The position numbers and the translations under genes were made by a program. A stretch of DNA of 64,000 nucleotides from Promethearchaeota archaeon. Lineage in GTDB: Archaea; Asgardarchaeota; Lokiarchaeia; Sigyniarchaeales; SOKP01. The notes under the pieces are model-generated. The model had not been told where the DNA came from. It saw nothing but the letters and a program-made list of their open reading frames with translations, and searched no databases. Every line of letters starts with the position of its first letter. Positions within the stretch are counted from its first letter, which is position 1. This document shows positions 36,979-47,148 of this stretch, one piece after another. The DNA is taken from assembly GCA_016839765.1 (NCBI GenBank), contig JAEOTP010000015.1, forward strand, positions 15,978-79,977, given 5' to 3'.

Positions 36979-38562
36979 ATGAACAAAATTAACCAAATAA
37001 TTTTATGCATTATTGATGATGTAAGTTCAGATCATTTTTTTAACTTAATAAATAAAGGTCGTCTTCTAAATTTTAAAAAATTAATGAAAAGTGGAATTTT
37101 TTCAACAAGTTGTATAACTGATTTTCCAGCGATAACATTTCCAACTCAAGTCTCAATAATTACTGGAACCTATACTGGTGATTATCGAAATGAGTTATGT
37201 CACGGTGTTCCAATGTATGATTGGATGGAACGGAGTGTCTCACCTCCGATGTTACGTTCATATGGTACTTATGGTTCTGACGAACGAGTTCAAATTTATA
37301 AAATAAATGAAGACATTGGAAATAAATGCCAAACTATATTTGAAATGGTTGACGAGGGAAATTCCGCTAGTATAGCTCAATTTATCAATAGAGGCACCAA
37401 ATATTTCTTCCCAGAGAGAAAAACAAAACTAATGATGTACTATCTCTTCATAAAATATTACAAAAACATTAAAGAAATGATGATAAGAGCAAATACAATT
37501 ATTGTAAAGGAACTTCTAAAGACTTTTAAAACTCCAAGGAAATTTTTTGAAAACCAAGAACCCCCAATTATCTCACTGTTATGGTTTGTTTCATCTGATT
37601 TATTAATGCATAGTTTTGGTTATGATTCAAAAATTTATGAATTAAATCTTCGACATATTGATAAAGTAATGGGATATTTGATTGAAGAACTCGATAAATT
37701 AGGATATTTGGATGATACAGTATTAGCTATAACCTCCGATCATGGAAATTACAAGGCAAATAAGATTGGAAATATGGGCTTATTTCTTAGAAGTAAAGGA
37801 TTAACGCAATATCATCCTCGTAAAAATATTAAAGGAAATATGGATCTAGCCGAATTTGGAGGATTAGGGTTTTTTTATTTTAAATCGAATAATCCAATTT
37901 CAAAGAAAATTTGGAAGTATCCAAACTTGGAGAGTTTTAAAGTATATGGCCCAAAGAAGGTAAATTTATTTCAAGAATTATTTAAGATTGATGGTACTGA
38001 ATTGATGTATTATAAAGATGATGAAAATTCGACAGATAAAGGTATGATTTATTTAAAGAGGAAAAATCCTGAAACAAATAAAATTGAATCTGGATATATT
38101 GAATATCGGGGAAATTCTAAAGATCTTAAAACAAAATATGTATCTGAAAATCAAAATAATGATATTTTTGGATATTCTGATGATGCGCTCGCATTTAAAT
38201 TGTTGGATAACAAATTTCATTCAATTCAAGAATGGCTAGATGTTACTTATCATGCTAACTATCCAATATATCCGGATCTATTAATAAGACATTTTAAAAA
38301 TCCTCGAAGTGCAGATATTATCATTAGCACTAAAGGTAAAATTGCTTATAACATTAAACATGGTCGAGAGAGGCGTAGTAGTTATTATTTGCATGACATT
38401 GGTTTAAGGAGGAGCGCTGTTGTACCTCTAATAATAGCAGGGCCTGATGAGATCCCCCAAAGAGAAATATCTCATTGTAAAATAACTGATATTGTACCTA
38501 CATTATTAAAATTGTTAGGAAAAACTCCTCATAAAAGTGTTGTAGGAAAAACTCTAATTTAA
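36979..38562 (+). CDS. Alkaline-phosphatase superfamily protein (type I phosphodiesterase / nucleotide pyrophosphatase-like)
   Basis: 'ILCIIDDVSSDHF', 'FPAITFPTQVSIITGTYTGDY' (nucleophile Thr region) and 'AITSDHGN'. Confidence 0.7.
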   Translation: MNKINQIILCIIDDVSSDHFFNLINKGRLLNFKKLMKSGIFSTSCITDFPAITFPTQVSIITGTYTGDYRNELCHGVPMYDWMERSVSPPMLRSYGTYGSDERVQIYKINEDIGNKCQTIFEMVDEGNSASIAQFINRGTKYFFPERKTKLMMYYLFIKYYKNIKEMMIRANTIIVKELLKTFKTPRKFFENQEPPIISLLWFVSSDLLMHSFGYDSKIYELNLRHIDKVMGYLIEELDKLGYLDDTVLAITSDHGNYKANKIGNMGLFLRSKGLTQYHPRKNIKGNMDLAEFGGLGFFYFKSNNPISKKIWKYPNLESFKVYGPKKVNLFQELFKIDGTELMYYKDDENSTDKGMIYLKRKNPETNKIESGYIEYRGNSKDLKTKYVSENQNNDIFGYSDDALAFKLLDNKFHSIQEWLDVTYHANYPIYPDLLIRHFKNPRSADIIISTKGKIAYNIKHGRERRSSYYLHDIGLRRSAVVPLIIAGPDEIPQREISHCKITDIVPTLLKLLGKTPHKSVVGKTLI

Positions 38563-38616
38563 GAACTATCTGAAATTATGTATTCTAATCTAAAAGCTTA
38601 AAAAAATAAGCTAACA

Positions 38617-39573
38617 TTGAACAACGAAATTTTAATTACTGGTACAGATGGATTTATCGGTTCATATTTAAAGAGCTATTTTTTAGATAATCAATATAGG
38701 GTATATGGAACTGTTTACAATCTGAGAGAACCTAATGATTATGAAGTAAAAATTGACTTTCGAAAAAAGCAAGATTTTGAAAAATTACCAAATAAAACTT
38801 TTGATATTATTATACATACCGTTGGAATAGTGGATCAAACTGTTCCAAAAAAGTTAATAATGTCCGTTAATGCTAAAGGTACAAAATATATTTGTAATTG
38901 GGCTCTAAAGCATAAATGTAAACATTTTATATTCGTTAGCTCTGTTTCTGCATATGGTTTTAAACTGTTAGGGGAAAATCGTTCTGAAAAGAAAACAAGG
39001 AGAACCTTTGGAATTTTAAGTCTACCTTATATGAAATCCAAAGCAAACGCAGAACGATATATTGAAAAAAGTGGGTTATATTATACTATATTAAGACTTC
39101 CTCCTGTTTTAGGTAAAGGTGATACTTATCTCTCTCCTGCAATTATTCCTAAACTACTTCAAGGCACCTTTTTCTTTTGTGGTAAAAAGGATCGAAAATT
39201 TTCTACTCTTAACATAAAGAATCTAGGTCCAATTCTTACCAAAATAATCCAAGATGATCCATATTGTGAGGTATTTAATTGTACTGATTTCGAAATTACT
39301 TGGAGTGAATTAATAGAAGAATATGCAAAACGGTTAGAGATTGACTTAATTAAGCAATATAAACCTTTATTGAGCTGCTTGAAAAGGTGGAGTGATAAAC
39401 AATATTTACTGATATTAGGTTTTGCTCGATTTGGATGTCATTATTCAAATGATAAATTAATAAATAGATATAACTTTATCCCTATATACTCATGGAAAGA
39501 TGGAATAAAAGAAGCAGTTGATGGTTATAAAACTAAAAAAGAAGATTGGAAAAAAAATTCCGTCTTATTGTAA
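38617..39573 (+). CDS. NAD-dependent epimerase/dehydratase (SDR) family protein
   Basis: 'ILITGTDGFIGSYL' Rossmann motif and 'YMKSK' (YxxxK). TTG start. Confidence 0.75.
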   Translation: MNNEILITGTDGFIGSYLKSYFLDNQYRVYGTVYNLREPNDYEVKIDFRKKQDFEKLPNKTFDIIIHTVGIVDQTVPKKLIMSVNAKGTKYICNWALKHKCKHFIFVSSVSAYGFKLLGENRSEKKTRRTFGILSLPYMKSKANAERYIEKSGLYYTILRLPPVLGKGDTYLSPAIIPKLLQGTFFFCGKKDRKFSTLNIKNLGPILTKIIQDDPYCEVFNCTDFEITWSELIEEYAKRLEIDLIKQYKPLLSCLKRWSDKQYLLILGFARFGCHYSNDKLINRYNFIPIYSWKDGIKEAVDGYKTKKEDWKKNSVLL

Positions 39574-39686
39574 TTAACTAAAAGCTAATGATTATAAAGA
39601 TATAATTATATTATTAATATTGTTTCAATAAGCTAGCTTACCTAATTAAGTTTCAATTTCTTAATAACAGGACTGATATTTTAATA

Positions 39687-40298
39687 ATGGTTGAGTTGAA
39701 TAAATTCATAGAAGAGTTAAAAAGTTCACGAAATATTGTTCGGATAACGGTAGTAGGAGATGGTGCGGTAGGGAAAACAACTTTAGTCCGAGCACTTCTT
39801 CGAAAAACTAAAAATTGTTCTGGAAATCATTCAAATATTAATTTAATAGAGGAAAAGGAAATTAAGCGTACTCCCTTCATAGAGATAGAATCTTGGACAT
39901 ATAAAGATTTGATAATTCAGTGCTATGATTTAGCAGGCCAAAGAATTCCAGGTGCTCATCCTTTAGATATTTTACAAAGTCAAGTTATTAGTTCAATAGA
40001 TATTTTCATTTTTGTTTTCTCAGTTGATAGATATAAGTCTTTTGAAAACCTTAATAATTGGAGGACATTAATGAATTTAAATAACATGAGAAGGGATAAT
40101 AACGGATTAATACTTGTTGGAAACAAAATAGACTTAGAGAGAAATGTATCAAGAGGACTAGTACAATTAATTGCTGGGGAAGACAGATACTTTCATTCAT
40201 ATGTAGAAACAAGTGCAACAAAGGAAATTGGAATTGAAGAATTATTAGATGAAATTGTTAATGTTGGAAAAAAAATCTTAACATTTTACAGCTCTTAA
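39687..40298 (+). CDS. Ras-superfamily small GTPase with all G motifs intact
   Basis: G1 'GDGAVGKTT', G3 'DLAGQ', G4 'GNKIDL', G5 'ETSAT'. Confidence 0.85.
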   Translation: MVELNKFIEELKSSRNIVRITVVGDGAVGKTTLVRALLRKTKNCSGNHSNINLIEEKEIKRTPFIEIESWTYKDLIIQCYDLAGQRIPGAHPLDILQSQVISSIDIFIFVFSVDRYKSFENLNNWRTLMNLNNMRRDNNGLILVGNKIDLERNVSRGLVQLIAGEDRYFHSYVETSATKEIGIEELLDEIVNVGKKILTFYSS

Positions 40299-40309
40299 TT
40301 GATAATTGT

Positions 40310-42529
40310 ATGACTATTATAAATTGTAAACTCTGTAATGAAAAGATTAGTTTTGACCTTCATAATGCAGGAACTTACTTACATATAACTGAGTCAGGAA
40401 ATCCTATGATTGGAAAATTATACACAGTCCGCGTAGGACATCAAACTAATTCAGGATCATTACATATAAATGTTGTTGTTATCGATCAAAGAGGTGAATA
40501 TCGTGCTCATAAAGATTACTATGAAGATAAACAACTTAAGGATAAAACAGCTGATATATGGGAAAAAATAATACATCAAATTCCAATAGAAATTCGAGCC
40601 TATTTATCCTTAGCAAATAATGAGGAAAAAAAAATTATCTCCTCAATTCCTGAACCATTTACTAAATCTGCTAATGAATGGTATGATGTTTTAATAAGAT
40701 TAAAAAATGAAAATCCAAATAATCAGTTGCTCAGCCTTCTTTCTGTTAAATGGGGTTTTATTATAGGTAAAGGAAAGCAGCTTTTACAGGATACTTATAA
40801 TCCTAATTCCTGGAGTTATCCTATCTATATACGCTTACAAGCAAGATTTGCTCCTAGACCAGAATTAGTTGGAATAGCAAAAAACATGAACATACCTTCT
40901 GCTCCCCCTTTAATGCAATTAGAAGAAGCGATCGCTAGAGCTGAAACTTATTTGCGTTTAAATGAATATAATCTTATAAAAGAATTATATAATGACTCTT
41001 TGAGAAAATGGGGAAATGAAACTTCTATTGAAATGAAAACTGGGTTAATGCTTATTCAAGGATATTATGGTTTTGGGTTCTACTTCCTTGGGGATATCAA
41101 TAAAGGACTTGAATTAATAGAACCAGCTTTTAATTTCGGACAAATAATTGAAAACCGTGAAGTAATCAGCATTACTGGAAATTTTTATGCTGCAGTGCTC
41201 CAATCCAGTGGAGAATTAGAAAAAACTTTACAGACTTACAATATTGTTCTAGATGTTAGTGAAGATATGGGTGATGAAAGAACTAAAGCTGTAATCTCAA
41301 CAAATATGTCCATTGTTGAGTCAAAACAAGGATTATATGATAAAGCATTAAAACGTCAAAGAGCTATTTTAGAGTCACCAGTAGTTAAAGATGAATTTTT
41401 CTTAAAAATTTCGCTCCAAAGCATTATCGCTGAGACGCTCTTTATAGCTGAGCATTATGATGAGTCAAAAGAGTTATGTCAAGCAATACTTCTTGAGAAA
41501 AATATGCCAACTAATTACAAATTTGATACCCTTTCCACCTTAAAAAAAATTGCCGGAAAGACTGATTCACCCGAATTATTGGAGTTTGTCACCAATAATC
41601 TACCGGATGATAAAGAATTTTTAGAAACACCTGTATATAAGATTTTTAATTATGATTTACAAGCAATTAATGCAAAATTACACGAAAACTGGCATGAATT
41701 AATTGAGTGTTTAAAGAACGAACGAGATATTATGTTTAAGAATAAATTGGTAGAAGATGCGAGTGATATTGAAATTAGACTTGCTGATGGATATTTTAAA
41801 CAATATCAAAAATCTGATAAGCTTGAATATCTCAATCATGCATATAGCCATTTAGACTTAGCTAAAATTATTGCTATAGAGCAACAAAATTATCTAGATC
41901 ATTGTAGATTGGTAATGCTTAAAGGATTTCTAGCTTCAAAAAGTAAGTTATCTGAACAAGCAGAAATGAATTTTAAAGAAGCTTTGAAAATCGCTCGGGT
42001 ATATAAATTAACTCATTTAGAAAGTCAAATTATCCAGCAATTAGATTTACTAAAAAAAGGTAGTATTGAAAAGTCTGCAGGTTCATTTTTACGGAAATTA
42101 TTCAATAGATTAACCTTCAGAAAAGTTGAAGAGTCAAAACCAAAACAAAAAAGCATAATCTATGCAGTATCCATAGGAGCCCAAGATTCTACTTGGATGA
42201 TGATTTTACAAAATGAAAAAGATGGTAATCCGGAACATACTAATTATCTTTTAGGATTCCGTGATTTATGGAATCATTTAGGAACAGATAACATTCAGCA
42301 ACAAGTAAATTATTTTACAGTCAGTAAGGGAGCTGTTTTAATCGAGAAGTCACTAAATTTTCAATTAATTGCTCTAAGCAATAAATTAGATTATTTAACT
42401 AGATTAACACTTCAGAATCTATTACCTAAGATAGAAAATTTCTCTTATAAAAATATTCCCGAAAAGTTGACAGAACACGTGCATGAACTGATTAATAGCA
42501 CTTTAACTAATTTTTTCAAAGTCAAGTAA
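40310..42529 (+). CDS. 739-aa TPR-like repeat protein, probably co-transcribed with the GTPase
   Basis: It starts 11 nt after the GTPase stop. The central region is helical-repeat-like ('AIARAETYLRLNEYNLIKELYNDSL', 'GELEKTLQTYNIVLDVSEDMGDERTKA', 'GLYDKALKRQRAILE'). The last ~130 aa alternate strand- and helix-like segments. Confidence 0.6.
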   Translation: MTIINCKLCNEKISFDLHNAGTYLHITESGNPMIGKLYTVRVGHQTNSGSLHINVVVIDQRGEYRAHKDYYEDKQLKDKTADIWEKIIHQIPIEIRAYLSLANNEEKKIISSIPEPFTKSANEWYDVLIRLKNENPNNQLLSLLSVKWGFIIGKGKQLLQDTYNPNSWSYPIYIRLQARFAPRPELVGIAKNMNIPSAPPLMQLEEAIARAETYLRLNEYNLIKELYNDSLRKWGNETSIEMKTGLMLIQGYYGFGFYFLGDINKGLELIEPAFNFGQIIENREVISITGNFYAAVLQSSGELEKTLQTYNIVLDVSEDMGDERTKAVISTNMSIVESKQGLYDKALKRQRAILESPVVKDEFFLKISLQSIIAETLFIAEHYDESKELCQAILLEKNMPTNYKFDTLSTLKKIAGKTDSPELLEFVTNNLPDDKEFLETPVYKIFNYDLQAINAKLHENWHELIECLKNERDIMFKNKLVEDASDIEIRLADGYFKQYQKSDKLEYLNHAYSHLDLAKIIAIEQQNYLDHCRLVMLKGFLASKSKLSEQAEMNFKEALKIARVYKLTHLESQIIQQLDLLKKGSIEKSAGSFLRKLFNRLTFRKVEESKPKQKSIIYAVSIGAQDSTWMMILQNEKDGNPEHTNYLLGFRDLWNHLGTDNIQQQVNYFTVSKGAVLIEKSLNFQLIALSNKLDYLTRLTLQNLLPKIENFSYKNIPEKLTEHVHELINSTLTNFFKVK

Positions 42530-42547
42530 AGATTAATATTTACTTTT

Positions 42548-42988
42548 GTGAAGCGTATGGAACCTAAATTTATGTCAAAAGTATTAAAAATTAAAGATAA
42601 AACCAGAATAAAAGTTCGTTTTAATGACACGGATGCAATGGGTATCGTACATTTTAAAAATTATTTAGTATATTTTGACGATGGTTTTGTCAGTTTTATG
42701 AATAACTTACTTGCTCCTAAAAGAATAGAGGACACTGTTCATGAAGGATTTGTATTTGGTGTTAAAAAAGTTGATATTACTTATCAAGGTTCTGTAGGAT
42801 TTGGGGATTATGTAATAGTTGAGACCCAAATAACAGAAATGGGGAATTCTTCTGTTACATTTCATCATAAGATTTTTAGGGAATCCGATAATAAATTAAT
42901 TGCAACAATTAATTGCGTAAGGCTAGTTATGGAGCTTCGAACTAATAAATTAGTAAAAGTTAATGATTTTTTTACTAAATATCTTTAA
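42548..42988 (+). CDS. Hotdog-fold acyl-CoA thioesterase (4HBT/YbgC-like)
   Basis: 'VRFNDTDAMGIVHFKNYLVYFDDG' is the catalytic Asp region of 4HBT-type thioesterases. The start could be the ATG at 42557 or 42572 rather than the GTG at 42548. Confidence 0.75.
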   Translation: MKRMEPKFMSKVLKIKDKTRIKVRFNDTDAMGIVHFKNYLVYFDDGFVSFMNNLLAPKRIEDTVHEGFVFGVKKVDITYQGSVGFGDYVIVETQITEMGNSSVTFHHKIFRESDNKLIATINCVRLVMELRTNKLVKVNDFFTKYL

Positions 42989-43063
42989 TTTTTAATAAGA
43001 TTATACATTCAAATGATCATTCTATTTGATTATATTTTATAAAGAGTAAAGAAGGTTAAGAAT

Positions 43064-44077
43064 ATGGATTCTAATATTGCAGCAGCCAATGCTCTTCAAT
43101 ATGTTTTAGAAGCTAAACCAGGGGAAACTATACTAATAATTTCCGATGATATAAAAAAAGAAGTAGGACAAGCTTTCGCAAGTGGAGCAATTGATTTAGG
43201 GCTGTGGACTCGTTTAGTTATTTTAGAAACGGAAGATGAATTATTTAGAACAGAAATACCTGCTAATCTATTAGAAATGCTAAACTCACCTTATAAACCA
43301 GATATTTTTATCAATATTTTTAGAGATACCAGTAAAGAAACACCTTTTCGAATTAAGATAGTTCAATTAGAGACTCGAAAGAAGCTTTCACGAGCGGGAC
43401 ACTGTCCAGGTATAACTATGGATATGTTAACAAAAGGAGCTTTATCATTAAAAAAGGAAGAATATATTAAAATGCAAAATAATGCTAGAAGGTTATTAAC
43501 CGTACTACAAGATGTAGAATCAGCGAAAGTAAAAGCACCAAATGGTTCCAATTTCGAGTTAAGTGTTAAAAATAGAACTTGGTTCTCAGATACATATATT
43601 GATTGGAAATTAATGAAATGGATGAATTTACCTGTTGGGGAAGTTCTTATAGGACCTATTGAAACCTCAATGCAAGGAACTCTAGTATGTGATCTAGCAA
43701 TTGGTGGAATAGGTCCAATAGAAAAAAAAATTACGTTAGAGGTTAAGGACGGTCGTGTTGAGAGTGTTGTAAGTGAAGATAAAGAAGTTCTCAACAATGT
43801 TAAAGAAACACAAGCAATTGATGAGATGGCAAAATATGTAGGAGAATTTGCCTTTGGACTTAACCCTAAAGCCAGATTAGTCGAACAATTTCTCGAAGCT
43901 GAAAAAATAGATAATGCGATACATGTTGCGTTTGGCAACAATATGGATTACCCAGGCATAGTAGCAAATAATTCAGCACAACATCAAGACTTTTTGGTTG
44001 ATAACCCAACAGTAGAAATATTTTACACAAATGGTCGTTCTCGTATAGTGATGGATAAAGGAAAATTAATTATATAA
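43064..44077 (+). CDS. M29 family aminopeptidase (AmpS/aminopeptidase T-like)
   Basis: 'NLPVGEVLIGPIE', 'EFAFGLNP' and 'IHVAFGNN' follow the conserved order of M29 metal-binding motifs. Confidence 0.7.
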   Translation: MDSNIAAANALQYVLEAKPGETILIISDDIKKEVGQAFASGAIDLGLWTRLVILETEDELFRTEIPANLLEMLNSPYKPDIFINIFRDTSKETPFRIKIVQLETRKKLSRAGHCPGITMDMLTKGALSLKKEEYIKMQNNARRLLTVLQDVESAKVKAPNGSNFELSVKNRTWFSDTYIDWKLMKWMNLPVGEVLIGPIETSMQGTLVCDLAIGGIGPIEKKITLEVKDGRVESVVSEDKEVLNNVKETQAIDEMAKYVGEFAFGLNPKARLVEQFLEAEKIDNAIHVAFGNNMDYPGIVANNSAQHQDFLVDNPTVEIFYTNGRSRIVMDKGKLII

Positions 44078-44105
44078 TTAATTTTTACAATATTTCTATT
44101 TTTTA

Positions 44106-45206
44106 TCATGTAATTTGAATAGGGGGTATAAATACATCTCTTGGACCGGTTCTTTTTAGTTTAATGGCATTTTCAGGACAAAAATGAGCACACACTCCAC
44201 ACCCTATACATTTTTTTTGATTTACTTTTGCTGTTGAATTACTTAACTCAATTGTTTCCATAGGACATTTTTCTACACAAGTTCCACATCCTAGACAATA
44301 TTCTTCATTAATTACAGCTAAATATGATGATATTGTATGTAAAGGCGCAATTCCTTGGTAATACATTCGAAACGGGCCACAACAACATTTGCAGCAGTTA
44401 CATATTGCTTCTAAACCTCGATTTGTATCCAAATGAACATGAAATACTTTGTGAACTAAACCATAATCCTCAGCTTCTCTAAAGATTTTTAAAGCATCCT
44501 CTTTCGAGATGGGTTTCCCAAAATTATGTTCTATAACAAATTGAGCACTTTTATCTAAAAAAAAGCAATTTTGTTTCGGTGCGTTTAATTTACATGGATC
44601 ATCTACCAACTCTTTTTCTTGCCGACAGTAACAATTTGCTAAAGCAATATCATCATAATCATTGATAATTTGTTCTATTTCTTCATAAGGCATAATACCC
44701 TCACCAGCTACCTCTATTTGTTTTTCTACTGGAATAATTCGATCTAGTGCTGGAGTATTCTTAAATTGTTCAACAATACGATCATAATTCTTCTGAGTTC
44801 CTTCTCTCAATTCCTTAAATAATTTTTCAAAAAAATATGCCTTTTTTTTATCTTTTTCTGTTGAAGTTCCCCTAAGAAATTGATATTCAAAAATTCCAGG
44901 CCACATTGGCATTAAACGATAAACCATAATGCCTGTTCTTCTACTGGGAACTCCAACAATTACACCATTGTCCATTAAGCTATTTAATATTTTATTTAAT
45001 GAGTCATCATCTAAATCGCTTTTTTGTTTAATCTCGTTAATATTTAGTGAAGGTTTTTTAAAAATTAAAATAAAATTAGCTTGTTCTTCTGACATTAAAG
45101 TTTTTATTAACTCTATTATTGTAGGTGTTATTGGTATAGGCATTTGTCCTGCTTTAGCAATAGTTCTTGCTGCTCGATACCAGAGTTTTTCTATTTTTTC
45201 AGTCAT
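44106..45206 (-). CDS. Fe-S protein with a C-terminal 2x[4Fe-4S] ferredoxin domain and an additional Cys cluster
   Basis: 'CLGCGTCVEKCP' and 'CIGCGVCAHFCP', plus 'CNCCKCCCG' and 'CYCRQE'. The N-terminal region looks winged-helix-like. Confidence 0.7.
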   Translation of the reverse strand: MTEKIEKLWYRAARTIAKAGQMPIPITPTIIELIKTLMSEEQANFILIFKKPSLNINEIKQKSDLDDDSLNKILNSLMDNGVIVGVPSRRTGIMVYRLMPMWPGIFEYQFLRGTSTEKDKKKAYFFEKLFKELREGTQKNYDRIVEQFKNTPALDRIIPVEKQIEVAGEGIMPYEEIEQIINDYDDIALANCYCRQEKELVDDPCKLNAPKQNCFFLDKSAQFVIEHNFGKPISKEDALKIFREAEDYGLVHKVFHVHLDTNRGLEAICNCCKCCCGPFRMYYQGIAPLHTISSYLAVINEEYCLGCGTCVEKCPMETIELSNSTAKVNQKKCIGCGVCAHFCPENAIKLKRTGPRDVFIPPIQIT

Positions 45207-45313
45207 AATTTAAAATGAAGCCAGAATATTTTATCCCAAAATTAATGTATAGAAAAAACTAACATTATTTAATTATATTGCGCTGTTTATGAAAAAGAAA
45301 TTAATGACTGTTT

Positions 45314-45739
45314 TCAAAGAGGTTCTCTGACTAGATAATATATTTTTTCAGAATTGCATTTAGGACAATTCACTTTCTTATCCTTTGAAGCGGATTCGTC
45401 CTCCCATTCTTCATTGCAATTTAAACAACCATACCCTATAAATCCTTTTTTAACATCAATATTTCCCCCATAAACTTTAATGGCTTTTCCCTCCATTATA
45501 GCTTGCGTTACCTTTTGATGAGCGCTTTCTAATATTCTAGAAAAAGTAGGTTGAGACACTCCCATTTTATTTGCAGAATCTTGTTGATTTAAATCGATAT
45601 AGTGTTTTAAACGCAATGCTTCGAATTCTGCTACAGTTAGAATTATTTGATCTTCAGCTAATGGGCCCTCTATTGCTCTTCGAAAATATTGATTATCTGG
45701 TGGACTTTTCACCATACGCATTCTTGTTCGACGACCCAT
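45314..45739 (-). CDS. DUF134 (UPF0251) HTH DNA-binding protein with a C-terminal zinc ribbon
   Basis: 'MGRRTRMRMVKSPPDNQYF...LTVAEFEALRLKHYIDLNQQDSANKMGVSQPTFSRIL' is the DUF134 pattern. The C-terminus has 'CLNC...CPKC'. I use the ATG at 45739 rather than the listed TTG at 45784. Confidence 0.7.
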   Translation of the reverse strand: MGRRTRMRMVKSPPDNQYFRRAIEGPLAEDQIILTVAEFEALRLKHYIDLNQQDSANKMGVSQPTFSRILESAHQKVTQAIMEGKAIKVYGGNIDVKKGFIGYGCLNCNEEWEDESASKDKKVNCPKCNSEKIYYLVREPL

Positions 45740-46185
45740 AGTCAACACTGAAATAATTAAGTTATATTTGAAATATTTATTCAAAATTTTTATAATTATT
45801 TATTCACATTATAAATTTTAATTATGGGGTTATATGTTATAAATGAATTGAATTTTTAATGTGAGATATCGATTAGATCAAATTCTTTATTTTTTTTAAT
45901 TTTTAAATTAATTTTAAAAAATATATTACCTACATTGATATTATTATCATATATTTATAAAAATCAAAAAAAGGGTGTTCTAAAGTTAGATATATTGAAT
46001 ATCAAATAATTATTGGAGATACTCCACCTGGAATAATAACTGAGGATATTCGGGAAATTGGTACTCCAGAAAAGGGTAAGGTTTTTGAGGAGCAAATTGA
46101 AGAAGTAGAGAGGGAAGCAAAATTATTTCCTAAAGGTGTAATTCACCATCTTTCAACTGAAGCCTACGTTTGGAACTTTTCTCTA

Positions 46186-47088
46186 GTGTATCAAGCTCGT
46201 AGTTTTGATGTAATTAAATGGAAAACTGCCTTTTCTTGGAAAGAGGCTATGGATGAAAAAGAAATGAAAAAATATGAAATTGAAAAAGGCTTGTTCATCG
46301 GTGTAGTTGCTGGAATATTCTTTTTTTTAATAGATGAAAATATTGATAGAAATTACATTCAATTAGCAGAAATGATTGACATTTTCATTCAAAAAACCAA
46401 TCAGGAGGCACCATTTTTAGTCTATGGGCTTTTAGAAAGTAAAAAAAAAGTTACTGAATTAAAAACTAATAAAGAAATGCTCAAAAATCTAGCGGATATA
46501 AAAACTTTGGTATCTAAATATGGTGGTGAATTTAAGCTAGAGAATTTAAAAGAAATTAAAATAAATTTACCATCCTTGATCAGAGAATATTCCCATTATA
46601 TATTAACAACCTTTAAATCTTCTGCAACGAATTATAAAAATCTTAAACTTAATCAAGTATATTTCTTAGACTATGAAGATTTAACCGCATTAAGAGAGAT
46701 TGAACTTTCATTAAGTCAACAATTAAAAGCTGGAGAGACTGTAGATGAATTGTTAGCTGAATTGTTCTTTAAATATCTAAAGCAGTATCAAGAAAAAATT
46801 GAACCTGTTATAGAAGAACCGGTAGCTCAAGAAGTTGAAAAACCTGTTCCTAAAAGAGCTCAAATAATTAAGGTAATTATCGAAGAAATTAAAAAAGGAA
46901 TAAGAAGACAATGTCCTGAATGCCTTAATAATGACAGAAATAAAATTAGAGAAGTTTTAGATAAAGATAATATAATAATGGAAAACCCAAACATTTACGG
47001 GTTTAAATATATCTGCGGAATGTGTGGTTGTGAATTTACTAAAACAGATATGATAAAAAAGGTAAAAGAAGAACAAAAAACTTCTTAG
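46186..47088 (+). CDS. Hypothetical protein with a C-terminal zinc ribbon (true start probably upstream, see finding)
   Basis: 'CPECLNN...CGMCGCEF'. The frame is open back to 45961 and has coding-like sequence there. Confidence 0.5.
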   Translation: MYQARSFDVIKWKTAFSWKEAMDEKEMKKYEIEKGLFIGVVAGIFFFLIDENIDRNYIQLAEMIDIFIQKTNQEAPFLVYGLLESKKKVTELKTNKEMLKNLADIKTLVSKYGGEFKLENLKEIKINLPSLIREYSHYILTTFKSSATNYKNLKLNQVYFLDYEDLTALREIELSLSQQLKAGETVDELLAELFFKYLKQYQEKIEPVIEEPVAQEVEKPVPKRAQIIKVIIEEIKKGIRRQCPECLNNDRNKIREVLDKDNIIMENPNIYGFKYICGMCGCEFTKTDMIKKVKEEQKTS

Positions 47089-47148
47089 TTAATGAATTTT
47101 TATATTTTTTGAATTATTTAACCAAATTATTAACTTATTTTTCAACGG

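Noticed and set aside
43363-43941. 192-aa minus-strand ORF
   Set aside because: It is antisense to the M29 aminopeptidase, which carries clear family motifs.
45740-45784. 15-codon N-terminal extension (TTG start) of the DUF134 gene
   Set aside because: DUF134 proteins begin with the basic 'M-x-R-x-x-K/R' segment found at the ATG at 45739. The extension is hydrophobic and depends on a TTG start.
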